From Macrostomum lignano (Eukaryota), in contig NIVC01000366.1 of NCBI GenBank assembly GCA_002269645.1, positions 496,001 to 560,000 of the forward strand: 64,000 bases of DNA. The letters are read 5' to 3'. This document shows, in pieces, positions 1 to 11,906 of this stretch. The translations under genes and the position numbers were made by a program. The notes beneath the pieces are model-generated. The model saw nothing but the letters and a program-made list of their open reading frames with translations, was not told the DNA's origin and did no database searches. How positions within the stretch are numbered: position 1 is the stretch's first letter; every line of letters begins with the position of its first letter.

Positions 1-283
1 ACCACCTTAAACTGACAACGTCACACCACCAATGCAACGAACAGACCGAAGTCGATGCAGTCGATTTCCCCTGCCAGTATAATCTTCAGTAGTAGAAGCG
101 TGGGCTTCGGCAGCAGGGGCGCCGGATTCAGCAGCAGGACCAGAAGTTGGGCTCTGGAAATAATTGTGCTTCTCAATGCTCGACTGGAAAGCGGGCAAAA
201 CTTCCTGCGGAAAATTCTTGTGCTCCCACTATTCCTACTGTGCTTCTGGCGCTTTCTTCGAGAAGACGAACCTTTTTTTGCGT

Positions 284-506
284 CAGTGGCGCTGCCAGGA
301 ATTTATTTCAGGGGGGGGGGCATTCAGCACCTGAGGAGGGGTATAGAGCTAGGAGGGACTTTAATTTTCTCCGGAATTTCTCAGGGGGAGGGGTTTTGAG
401 GGGGGTTTAAAAAAAATAAGAAAAAAATTTTTTGTTTGGAATTTTGAGGGGGGTAAATTTTGGTTGGGCCAAGCCCTTCCACCCCCCCGCCCTAGCTGCA
501 CCACTG
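284..506. mobile_element. hAT-type MITE
   Basis: Imperfect TIRs CAGTGGCGCTGCCAGG / CCTAGCTGCACCACTG with CAG...CTG termini. Flanking 8-mers TTTTGCGT and TCTTGCGT match at 7/8, consistent with a TSD. Confidence 0.75.
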
Positions 507-1476
507 TCTTGCGTCTGTTTTCGATCAGCCCCGGAGGCAATCTCGTACGTTTCATCGTAGACTATGTATTTCTTGCAATATTTGCGGAACTTGCAAATGA
601 GCGCAGAGATGCAACACTTTTTTTAAATAGTTTAATTACTTTAAAGCTTGGGTGTCTCTGGCCAACAAATACTAATTGATATCATCACTTAGTAAAATGT
701 ATTTTGTACACTATCATGCCTGTCATACGCTTACAAGTGAGCGCGTTGCAACCTTAAATTAAAATATAGTAAAAGTAGCGTTTTAGTCAACATAAGTTAT
801 GCTTCAGTATTTAAAGAACAATTATAAAGCACAAAATTTCAATTTCGTTATTATAGGCAATTCGTGAAATAATTAAGGTTATCAATATTGTTATAACGTT
901 TTACCCCGTGCTAAATTTATTTCAAAATTCATGACTTATGTTTCAAATTTATCAAACAAATTATTGTGAAATCATATGGTATGGACCTATGCTAGCTAGC
1001 TTAGCTTAGCTGGGGACCTGCCGACCTGGGCAGTGGGCTTAGGCCTATTCACCAACGGGATTAACTTAGTTAACTTAGTTGGTTGCAATAATCATTCTAA
1101 TACCGAATTTTCGGTCTAACTCTAATAGTGTGACAACACTGACAAGTGACAAGCAGATTTTTATTTTTTAGGCAAATCTCTTTCTAAAAATACAGGCCTA
1201 GCCAAAACTGAAATAGTGAAATTTAAGAGATTTAATGCAAGATAAGATGGCGCAAATGATGGCGCAAGTGCACCATATATATGATGTTCACTGCTTAGCT
1301 TATGGGCCTGGTCTATGCTGCTTTTTCCACTCAACAATTAAATTTAATTTAGCCTTAGGGCCTAATTATTATAGATTTCTTAGGGCCTATAATTTAAATT
1401 TTAAAGCAAATCCAATAATTAAATTAAAGTCTAGGATAGGTAGGCCTATACAATCTACTATAGGCATAGCCACTGG

Positions 1477-1898
1477 GGCAATCTTTTACTTTACTGTGTT
1501 TAATTTATTTAACCATTTTTTAATTGCTGCTTTTCTAAGTGATGCTTTTCTGCGTCCTGCAGGTCGGACATGCCCAGGCATAGCCATCAACAAATTGGGC
1601 TCCATCCTTCCTCTGTAGCCACATGGCTAGAGCCTTAGGGCATTGTTCACATGCCCAAGAATTTTGTAATAGCCCATAGGTGGCCAGCCAGTGAATAGTT
1701 TGCTGGCTATTAGATGTCAGCAGCACAAGCTCGCGTAGCATGATGTCAATGTCATTGTCATACAGCTCGGCTGCTGGCCTTAGATTGGCCTTGGGCATAA
1801 TTGTAGTAGGTGTAGAGGGCCTTCTAGCCATTAGTAAATTGGCTGAAATGAAAAAGAAAAGTGAAAAATAATTAAACACAGTAAAGTGAAAGATTGCC
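1477..1898 (-). mobile_element. Merlin (ISXO2-like) internally deleted non-autonomous element
   Basis: About 30-bp TIRs beginning GGCAATCTTT and a perfect 8-bp TSD GCCACTGG (1469-1476, 1899-1906). The interior encodes a Merlin-type N-terminal Zn finger (GLL..CEQC..DGYAWACPTC..KSI) but no DDE core. Confidence 0.85.
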
Positions 1899-2199
1899 GC
1901 CACTGGTATCATTGACTAGACTAGACCTATCTCTGAGGAAAATGTTTTTGTATTGTATAGATTAGACCTATAAGGGATTGATAGGATTGATATGCACTAT
2001 CTAGAATAATATAGATAGAGCTGGTTACTTTTAGACTATTTTAGGCAAATTTTTTTTAGGTTTTAGTTAATTTTTTTGTTTTTATAGGCCCCCTATTAAA
2101 AAGCAAACAAATATTGGAATTTAAGTATTAGTTTAGCATATACTTATATAATAAAAAATGATTGTTTAAAACTTAAAAAAAATTATTTATAGCACAAAA

Positions 2200-2566
2200 A
2201 GCAGGTCTATGTGTAAGTTAGTAAGTTTGCAAAAATCCCAAATGTAAGAGTTTAGCTTGCTCTATTCATTTCTTTTGAAAGAGCATTTAATGCAGCTCCT
2301 AGATATAAATTGAACCTTAGGCCCTCCTAGTCTATTTAAAATGCTTATCTTTTGCTTTCATCTCTTATTCAATGCATAAAATCTCTTTAATTGCTTTTCT
2401 TTATGCAGATGCACTCTTCTTAGCATTTGCTTTTCATTCCTATCATCTAAGGCATCATAGTAGTGCTACCTAGCTATTTGAATATTTGAAGTGGCTTGGA
2501 TAGAGCAATATTCATTGAATCACTAGCAATTCTAATTTTGTCTTGAATTAGGTGTATAGGCACCAG
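2200..2566 (-). pseudogene. 3' part of an old degenerate hAT-like transposase, split by the younger hAT
   Basis: Removing 2567-9336 joins ...HGNATIESGFLLNINLLVPNLLHKSLVP to IHLIQDKIRIASDSMNIALSKPL, resembling a hAT C-terminal dimerisation region. Multiple stops; the outer boundary is approximate. Confidence 0.55.
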
Positions 2567-2784
2567 CATACATGCGCAACAGTCGGCCGAGTCGGCCGAT
2601 CCGGCTGACCGATTTGGCGGCCAACCAAGTAAGTCGCAAAATTGATTAACCGCCAAAAAAAACGAAAAAACAAAAGACGAAAAAGGGGAAAGGAAAAGGA
2701 AAAAACGAGAAAAAGGGAGCAAAGAGAAAGAGAAAAACACAAAAAGAGTTGTAAGTGCTGTAAGTTGCAGCACTGAAGACAAGG

Positions 2785-4100
2785 TAAGTCGCACCGAGGG
2801 CGAGCTAAGTCGCACCGAGGGCAAGCTAAGTCGCAGCAGGACCGAGCTAAGTCGCATCGAGGGCGAACTAAGTCGCACCGAGCGAGAGCTAAGTCGCACT
2901 AAGGGCGAGCTAAGTCGCACCGAGGGCAAAATAAGTCGCACCGAGCGAGAGCTAAGTCGCACTAAGTCGCAGCAGGACCGAGCTAAGTTGCACCGAGGGC
3001 GAGCTAAGTCGCAGCAGGACCGAGCTAAGTCGCACCGAGGGCGAACTAAGTCGCACCGAGCGAGAGCTAAGTCGCACTAAGTCGCAGCAGGACCAAGCTA
3101 AGTCGCACCGAGGGCGAGCTAAGTTGCAGCAGGACCGAGCTAAGTCGCACCGAGGGCGAACTAAGTCGCACCGAGCGAGAGCTAAGTCGCACTGAGGGCG
3201 AGCTAAGTCGCAGCAGGACCGAGCTAAGTCGCACCGAGGGCGAACTAAGTCGCACCGAGCGAGAGCTAAGTCGCACTAAGTCGCAGCAGGACCAAGCTAA
3301 GTCGCACGAGGGCGAGCTAAGTTGCAGCAGGACCGAGCTAAGTCGCACCGAGGGCGAACTAAGTCGCACCGAGCGAGAGCTAAGTCGCACTAAGTCGCAG
3401 CAGGACCAAGCTAAGTCGCACCGAGGGCGAGCTAAGTTGCAGCAGGACCGAGCTAAGTCGCACCGAGGGCGAACTAAGTCGCACCGAGCGAGAGCTAAGT
3501 CGCACTGAGGGCGAGCTAAGTCGCAGCAGGACCGAGCTAAGTCGCACCGAGGGCGAACTAAGTCGCACCGAGCGAGAGCTAAGTCGCACTAAGTCGCAGC
3601 AGGACCAAGCTAAGTCGCACCGAGGGCGAACTAAGTCGCACCGAGCGAGAGCTAAGTCGCACTGAGGGCGAGCTATGTCGCAGCAGGACCGAGCTAAGTC
3701 GCACCGAGGGCGAACTAAGTCGCACCGAGCGAGAGCTAAGTCGCACTGAGGGCGAGCTAAGTCGCAGCAGGACCGAGCTAAGTCGCACCGAGGGCGAACT
3801 AAGTCGCACCGAGCGAGAGCTAAGTCGCACTAAGTCGCAGCAGGACCAAGCTAAGTCGCACCGAGGGCGAGCTAAGTTGCAGCAGGACCGAGCTAAGTCG
3901 CACCGAGGGTGAACTAAGTCGCACCGAGCGAGAGCTAAGTCGCACTAAGTCGCAGCAGGACCGAGCTAAGTCGCACCGAGGGCGAGCTAAGTCGCACCGA
4001 GCGAGAGCTAAGTCGCACCGAGGGCGAGCTAAGTCGCAGCAGGACCGAGTAAGTCGCAGCAGGGCCGAGGCAAGTCGCAGCAGGACTGAGTTAAGTCGCA
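2785..4100. repeat. ~21-bp tandem array (CTAAGTCGCACCGAGGGCGAG variants) inside the hAT end
   Basis: About 60 units with higher-order patterning. The core TAAGTCGCA also occurs singly near both TIRs. Confidence 0.95.
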
Positions 4101-4450
4101 GAGCATCTTTAGGATTATTAGGATAGGATTAGTTTAGGATGAATTTAATGTATCACTTACTAGGGTGTAGGCTACGTGTGCATTAACGCATCAATTTGAA
4201 AAATTAAGAATTACGAAGCCAGAAATGGCTAAGGAATAGAAATAGGGATAGAATAACTTATAAGCAGTAATTTTTCAGCCCTATTACAATTGCAAATCAT
4301 ACTTTTAATAATATTTAATTAGCAAATTAAAACTGCAAGATTCTAACGGTCTTATATATGAACTTAGAAGAACTGTAGTCTTAATTATTATGCATGTACC
4401 ATTGTAATAATTGATTAAAATTGTAGCAGATTAAAACTGATAAAAAACTT

Positions 4451-6837
4451 TCAAAATAGTCCACTTAGCAAATCAGAATCAGAATCTTTATTTTCCTCGT
4501 CTACGTTGGATTCTTTTTGCCGTTGACCTCCAGGAGCATCAGAACGCCAGTGTTTTTTCAGCCAATCATTGACATAAATATCCGGCTTAAATTTCATCAG
4601 CGGAGGCCCATTTATTCGAATCCGTAGTAGATGCTCCAATGTTTTTGGTGCCAAGCGTGTTCTCCTGTCATAGGCAATGTGCTTATAGATAGAAAACCCT
4701 CTTTCAGCCTCAGCTGATGATATTGGCAAAGTTAACACAACCATAATTAGATTCTTTATTCTGGGCAGCCATTCAACAGTTCTTGTCTCTAGAAAGTGAC
4801 TCCAAAATTTCACCGGACCTTTGCCTTTGTAGGCACAGAAGTCAACACTATGCGAAGTGATCAAACTTTTTAGGAGTAGACCGAACTGACCAGAGATTGT
4901 CCTTTCTGTAGCGCGTTCTGAAGCATCTGCATCTCTAGAGTCTGAATCAGAAAGATGGTCCTCTGTTTCAGATTCAGAGCTGTCATCTTCCATTCCAAAC
5001 CGTCTAGCAAGAGGTATGATTCTCGAACTGTATGTAAAGACAGTATGTAATGTTTCAGCATTAGGCAATAACACTGGGTTGAGCACATTAAATATTGAGT
5101 AGTCATCCTCAGGAAAATAATTACGCAGCTGATCAATTATGCTATCAATGATTCGACTGCGAATCTCATCCAGTGCTGGATAAGCTCCCATGTCAACAAC
5201 ACTGCCACGTCCACTAGCATCAAATAATCTATTTCTTAGAGATCTGTCTGCAGCAGAACCTGGTTGCTTCAACTCAAACCTCTCTGTTGGATCGCTGCTT
5301 CCAGGGCCGGAAGGACAAGCAAAGTTAGAATAAGATAGGTCTCTTGTGTGACATCCTGAATGGTATTCCAGCTGCGGATATCCATCTGCAGTTCCCAAAA
5401 CTCGACGACACTTGCAGGAAGCCAAAAAGTCCACAATGCGAGGACCATTGTTCGTTTTTAAGGTTTCTAGTGAATGTATAAGGTTAGTGTGGCGTTCTTG
5501 CAAGCCAATAAATGTACCCTTGGCTCTTTGAAACTGCAAGGACTCAAATTCCAGTAATTTTAGAATGTCCATGAGAAATAGATGTAATGAATAATACCGG
5601 ACATTTTGCAATGTTTTCAATAATCCAGAGGCAGTTGCTTTACTTTCGTCATCAAAGCCTGAGGAAGGTGATTTGATATTTTCTAAATTTGTCAGAAGCA
5701 AGTAATACGACTTTCGAATCACATCAAGAGCAGACACTTCCGATGCAACCCACCTGATGCGATATATTCTTTTTAATTCATAGAAAACCAAGTTGAGTGC
5801 TTCCGAAGTTTGTGCCAAAGATGCCTTACGTTTAACAGCGTGGCTCATATAAAATTTGTGTAGAGAATTTATATTCTTATCGAGATGTTGCATAAATGGG
5901 AAGATTTCAAAGGCATGATAGATTGAAAGTTCTAACTTATGCGCTGCACAATGGTGCTGAAAAAATTGTTTGCTAGCCCAAGCCTCAGTTGACTTATTAA
6001 TCCCACTCGACTTCCTGTCATTACGGATGCACCATCAGTTGTCACCCCCCATAGCCTTCGTTTGATTTCAGATCTTCTAGCTTGTCATCCGAAAATAAAC
6101 GGATGAGAAGTTCATAAATGCTTCGTCCAGTCTCTACTTCAGTCAGACGTTTAAACCGATAAAAAAACATCAAAGGTTGGCTGTTTTCAAGAACTCTGAA
6201 GTATATCATGACGTAGCTGTTTGAATGAATATCAGACGTTGTATCTAGTACAATAGAAATCGGAAGATTGTCAGCACTTTTAATGTAATTCACAAATGTC
6301 CGATGCATTGTATTACTGATTGATTCCACCATTGCTGCGGCACTTTTGCGATGCTTATGATGGCTCCCCATATCCAACCCATTTTTTACTTGTAAATCAA
6401 TTATATTTGGATGAGCACTGAATGGAATATTAGATTTGACTTCGGCATAAACTGTTGTCAAAACTCGGGCTGTTATTTCATCTCGTTTAGTTTTAGCTAG
6501 TCTAGCGGCCTCATTCATCTGTTTGAGTTGCTTTGCAAGAACTGAAGTATGTTTTTCCTTCATCCACTTTATGGCGTCACTGTGAAGTGTATTTGATGAA
6601 TGTTCCTGTAGTTTTCTTCGTACGCTATCTTTTGCATGACCTTTGGGAATGTAGCCTTGTTCTGTTGCAAAAGTTAACTTACGTTGGCTCTCTAGATTTG
6701 TCTCCTTTTTCTTATGTGCATTCAAAAATTTTCTGCAGATCCGACATTGTATTCCAGATCTTGATAGATCTTCGGTGTTTTGAACATATTGAAACCATGT
6801 CTTCATTTCTTGTGACACAAATTTTCTTGAAAATGAT
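4451..6837 (-). CDS. hAT transposase (ZNF862-like), exon 2, with two apparent frameshifts
   Basis: Motifs CRIC, SIVLDTTSD, GVTTDGASVMTG, HCAAHKLEL (C/DxxH) and C-terminal LPISSAEAERGFS..RRTRL. The frame changes near 6050-6075 and near 5970, both next to homopolymer runs. Confidence 0.88.
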
Positions 6838-6968
6838 CTGCAATGGTCAAATTAGAGAATATTTTGGGATTTGGACTATTTGTGAGTATCTAAAAGCAAT
6901 ATGCTAATAAGTGCAATACACAGTACACTATACATTAATTTACAGTTCGTCAGTTTCCATTTACTTAC

Positions 6969-8596
6969 TGTGACTGGTGCATCTCCAAAGAATGTAACCA
7001 CTCCTCTCGAAAACCAGATGTATCCTCCCAGTCCTTTTTAGGGAAAACTTCAATATTTTCGCCCATCATAGAGGAAGACGAGGGCTTTGATGCTGAAGTG
7101 GCTAGACATGCGTCTGCAGATGTGCTTATGCATGGTATTTTTCTTTGCGATGGCCCTGCTTCTGCAGTATTTACTTGTACTATTTCAACATCACCTGAAC
7201 CCCTTGAGTCGCTCAAATCTAAATCAACAATAGGACTTTGGCAAAGTGATCGTTTCGTTGATTGTCTTTGAATATTTACTTGCCTAATAATTTCCACTTG
7301 TAGTTTGCTTGTTTGCTGGTCATTCTCCAACAACTCTCTTCTTTCCTGTACATTTGCAGCAGAGCAAAAATTAGAAGTTTCTGCAGCAGCAGTTTGAACA
7401 GCATGATCTCGATTAGCTGCTATTTGCTCTGAAAATTCATAGGACCTGGCCAATTCACTACGGTGTGAGCTTTCAGAACATGGAGCTGGAGCAGGAGCTA
7501 GTCGCATTTCGATTCTTTCTGTTGCTGATGAAGCAGATGCTAATGCTGAGTCTGCCAATGTACCTGCTTCTCTTGAAGGTGTATTTATGATGGCTTCAAT
7601 ATTGTCCTCTAAAATCCAATGAGCACCTGAGCAGTCATTTTCTCTACCTGGAGTCAACTGTCCAAGTTTCCACCTTGTAAAAAGCAAAGGCTTTCGTAAC
7701 TCACTGCTGGATTCAGGGCACCGGTTTATTGAATAGTCCTCATGACCAAGTTCATCCCATTCTCTTGCTGGCTTTAAGATGTAGTTGGGCTTGTCTCTTA
7801 GCCTACGATAAATGGACTCAAAAAATGTGCACCTGTTATTTTGTGTACTTCGTGCATAGATGATCATGTCATGCACATTGTTCCTAATAATTTCAGCTAA
7901 TGAGTTATCAATGATAATTTTATCTTCATAAACAGGTCTTCTTTGTGTTGCATGCATTTTAGCTAGTCGCAGTTTTCCAATGCTACTGGCAGTTGTGGAA
8001 CTTGAACTGTCCGATTCTGATCTAGAAAAGTCTCGTTGATACAAGAGAATAATGGCCATAGCACTTTTACCATTCCCATTCTTTAATGCATTTGGTTCTG
8101 TTGGAATTGTCTTACTAGCAGACTTGAAAAAATCAATGATGGATGACTGCGATGATCCACTAGGAGCGGAACTTGGCAGCCCATGTCTAGTTTTTCCCTG
8201 ATACCCAATAGATGTATCGGTAAAAAACATATCTGCTGCTTCCTGCTTCTCTTTTGATGCAATAACAAAGAAACTGCTGTCCGTTTTGAAGCCCGAGGAC
8301 CGATAGAAGTCAGCAGAAAATGAAACCACAGGTCGTCTAAAATCGCCGCTATATTCTTGAACTCCAATCAGAAGAAAATCACGGAGTCTCACTGGCACTG
8401 ATCCTAATAGCATTGCAGTTGTGGAACAAACTTTCTTCAGCTCAATGAACTCTGAAAATTCTTGAGATCCAATATTAGGCTCATCAGTATTTAACTCATT
8501 TATAACAATTGAGCACTCACTCTCAGCTAGAATACCATTGATAGCTAGGATGCCACTTAGAATCAGTAGGCAAAGACAACTAAGGCTGTACATCAT
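6969..8596 (-). CDS. Exon 1 of the hAT gene: signal-peptide-like N terminus plus lamin-tail-like (LTD) domain plus low-complexity linker
   Basis: ATG at 8596 follows an acceptor (CTTTCACAG). MMYSLSCLCLLILSGILA is hydrophobic. LTD-like motifs IVINE..EFIEL..SINRC..TPGREN. GTAAGT donor at 6968 and acceptor at 6838 join in frame (phase 2) to the transposase. Confidence 0.65.
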
Positions 8597-9328
8597 TCTG
8601 TGAAAGATTAAGTCGAGTATATGATTTTGGTGATAAAATAAAATTGATTTATGAGTATTACTATATAAATAAAACATTTAAAAGCCCTTACCTTTACCAA
8701 TTCATGTACAGAAAGTAAGTGTAAATACAACCAATTGCCTTGGTAGTTTAGTTATATGCTCGTATCAGATGCAGGCAGACAGCATAGGCTGCCAAGGTGC
8801 TATAAGTTAAGGTTAACTTTCACTATTTGGCTTTACAGACTGCTTTTATCGCTGCATGCATTGACTTAGCCTTAGCTTGTGCCATCCTGTGCCATACAGC
8901 TATATATACATATGTATCTCTGCCACTCCCCACTTTTGCAACCTTACACTGTACAATCATGCCTAAAACACTCCGTGTCAAGTGTACTGTTCTAGTGCCA
9001 CATGGGGTACAAATACGATTAGGAATGACAGAAGTCAAAACCATACATGCACAATAGTTGGCCGATATGGACGACTGATTTGGCGGCCAACCAAGGTAAG
9101 TTGCAAAAATGCCCACCCAAATAAATACCAAAGTAGTATTAAGTAGCTGACGAAGCATTTTGCCTTAATAAAGACAGTCATAGTTACTCCTGCCGTTTAC
9201 CCAAAGTTGCGTTAATTTTGCTTTCAGGTTTTTTTCATGTAAGTCGCATTTTTGGCCGAAAACTACGTCGCATTTTTGTTAAAACTAAGTCGCACGGCCG
9301 ACCAAATTTTGGAGGTTGCGCATGTATG

Positions 9329-10130
9329 GGCACCAGTGACTTGTGTAAAAGATTTGGCACCAATAGGTTTATGTTTAGCAAAAAGCCACTTTCTATTGTA
9401 GCATTGCCATGCAACATCACTAGAGCCATTTTGATCAGTTTATAGAATACATTTTTGGCTACTGGTTTTAGACTATAGAGACTATTTTTTATACTAAGGA
9501 GCAAGTTCCAATATAGCTCATCAATCTTATCAGTTGAAACTATGGAGAGCTAGGTCATATTTATCCATAATAAGCCAGTAGCACTCCATGAATTTAGCAA
9601 GAAGTAACTAAAAGAGCTGTTAGTAAACTTTAGGGGAACTGCAAATTAGCATTGGTGAGATCAAGCTAGTACTAATAGCAATTGCGAATTGCACTAGAAA
9701 CTTTAACAAAAGAATTTTGGTTAGAGTAATGTTAAAAGTTTTTGTAGTCAATCAAAAACTTTAGTAGCTTTTCTTGCTCTAAAATTTTTGTTTTTATAAG
9801 AGTGATGCTTAGCTCCTTTCAAGTAGCAAACCCAATGTTGATTGACTTGGCTGGCAATGAAGCATTGTCAAGATCCAAATTGACTAGATCCAATATTAAT
9901 GCCTTAAAAGCAATCTATTGTCTTAATTAATAAGTTGATTATAAACATCAATTTAGTATACTATCCATTAATTTTTAAATCTAAAATGCAAAAACTTGCC
10001 TTAGGCTTCACAAAAAGCAAACTAGATTGAACAAAAGAACACTAAGTTTCTCAAAAAGACACTAAGTTTACTCATATGCTTAGGAGTACGGAGGAGCCAG
10101 CAGAATGGGGCAGAATTGCTTGACCACTTA
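9329..10130 (-). pseudogene. 5' part of the old degenerate hAT-like transposase
   Basis: ORF fragment LVMLHGNATIESGF runs directly into the TIR. Upstream sequence is riddled with stops and the boundary is approximate. Confidence 0.5.
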
Positions 10131-10263
10131 GCCATGGAACAGTGTTGGTTAGTTGCAAGAGATTTTGTGCAACCTAAAAATATTTGAATACTAAATTCTC
10201 ATTCATTGTTCTGTTCTGCCAAGACAACTATCTTTAAATTAATTCGATAATTTCAGATTTTAG

Positions 10264-10584
10264 AACATGCCTGCATCCTCAACATCCAGAAAAGATGTAC
10301 AGTCACAGCAATCTGACAGTCAATATGTTTCCAGTTTATTAGTCCAGAATGGCCTGCCAAAACTGATTATTTGTTCAAAGAACAAATCGAGTATGAATGA
10401 CTCATCATCATTTCTAGTTGCCGCCAATCAAAGTGGTGGACCTTTAAGGCAGTTGCAGCCAAGAAACCAGTTAGATTGGGCGATACAGTCAGCTAATGGC
10501 CTCTCTAATGGCAGTGCTACGTCGGTAGCAAAGAAGATTGACAGTCATCAATCAGCCTGTAATAGTCTTTCTATGGAATGTACT
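10264..10584 (+). CDS. Possible orphan exon, unknown product
   Basis: TTTTAG acceptor, open S/Q-rich frame and a GTGAGT donor at 10585. No recognisable domain and no partner exon identified. Confidence 0.25.
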
Positions 10585-10689
10585 GTGAGTGCTTGTCTTA
10601 TGGACATCTTACTTTGTTTGTTAAGTTTACTTATTCTGTGTTTTGTTTTGGTGCTGACAATATTTGATTTTTTTCTTTAATACAGGTCC

Positions 10690-10985
10690 TTGTCTTTTGA
10701 GTTCGGGTCTTTGTCCATGTGTTTTTCCACGCAGTATGGGTCTTTGTCCATCCAGTTAGGGTCTTTGTCCATCCAGTTAAAGGGGCTTTTTCCATCCAGT
10801 TAGGGTATTTTTCCATCAAGTTCGGGTCTTTGTCCATCCAGTTAGGGTCTTTGTCCATCCAGTTAGATGGGCTTTTTCCATCCAGTTAGGGTATTTTTCC
10901 ATCAAGTTCGGGTCTTTGTCTCTCCAGTTAGAGGGTCTTTTTCCATCCATTGAGGGTCTTCGCCTATCCAGTTCGGGTCTCTGTC
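10690..10985. repeat. ~21-bp minisatellite (GGGTCTTTGTCCATCCAGTTA)
   Basis: About 13 diverged units. Confidence 0.9.
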
Positions 10986-11190
10986 AAGTATTTTTAGGTA
11001 CGTTTTTCTGTAAAATAATTGACGAAGCACATGCATCAGTACATTGACATATGGCCAAGCATGCTTAAATGGAATTTACTGCACGGCTTGTGATTTACTG
11101 CACAGTCGCGTGATATATCTATGTCTATGGCTAAAACCAGAAGAATGCTTTGCCCATAAATCAATGAATCTATCACTAGGTTCCTTCGTG

Positions 11191-11266
11191 CGTAAATAGT
11201 CTTGGCACGAGTGCCAAGACTATTTACGAGACTAATTTCGAGTGCTACTACCGCACTCGAAACCTA
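11191..11266. other. Double hairpin element
   Basis: Perfect 18-bp inverted repeat with a 2-nt loop (11191-11228), then TTTCGAGTGC-N7-GCACTCGAAA followed by CCTAG. Confidence 0.7.
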
Positions 11267-11906
11267 GAGATAAATCTACCATTTGTACTTATATACGTGT
11301 TTGAGTTATATATTTGACCTTTGGCCAAACTTATATATTCTATGGGAATTCCTGACGCTTGATAATTAGTGGAGTATTCCCATTCAGAAAAGTACATTTC
11401 TGAGACTGCTCGGTTCTTACTCTACTCTGAAACTTTGGTCTATGGTAGTTCTAGAACTCAACAAAACTGTTTAGAATTGAGTCGGCGACTTTGAAATTGA
11501 TCAGTTTAAGCGGCATTTTAGCTTTTAGATTTATTATTATAGTTAATACGAGCTCAGTTTTCATAGCATGCCTTGCATCACTAGAAATCGTTCTAATCTG
11601 CTTAATAACAATCATTCGAAATCGACAATTAAAAAAGTCAATAGCAAGCAGGAAAGCGGCGTCAAAGCTACTATAAGTAGTAGCAATAATAACGGTAGCA
11701 CAAATTGTCGCCAATTGCGAAGTAGCAGAGACGCTAAACTTATCTCGCATTCGCAGCGACCGAGTCAGCAACAGCAGCAGAACCAGAAGCATGCAAAATT
11801 TTCGAGTAGTACAACCGCTTCTTCTACTTCTACTACTGTTAGCAGCAGTAGTAATAGTAGTAGCTCGTCGTCCGAATCGCGTCGGCAAAGCCATAAACGG
11901 CGGCGA

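Larger units (their letters stand above)
2567..9328 (-). mobile_element. Full-length hAT DNA transposon (6.76 kb)
   Basis: Perfect 14-bp TIR CATACATGCGCAAC / GTTGCGCATGTATG, perfect 8-bp TSD GGCACCAG (2559-2566, 9329-9336), and an internal hAT transposase. Confidence 0.93.

Noticed and set aside
7-283. Short ORFs around the first MITE
   Set aside because: No identifiable domain; stops remain after removing the MITE.
3067-3830. RLSS-repeat ORFs
   Set aside because: Translations of the 21-bp array.
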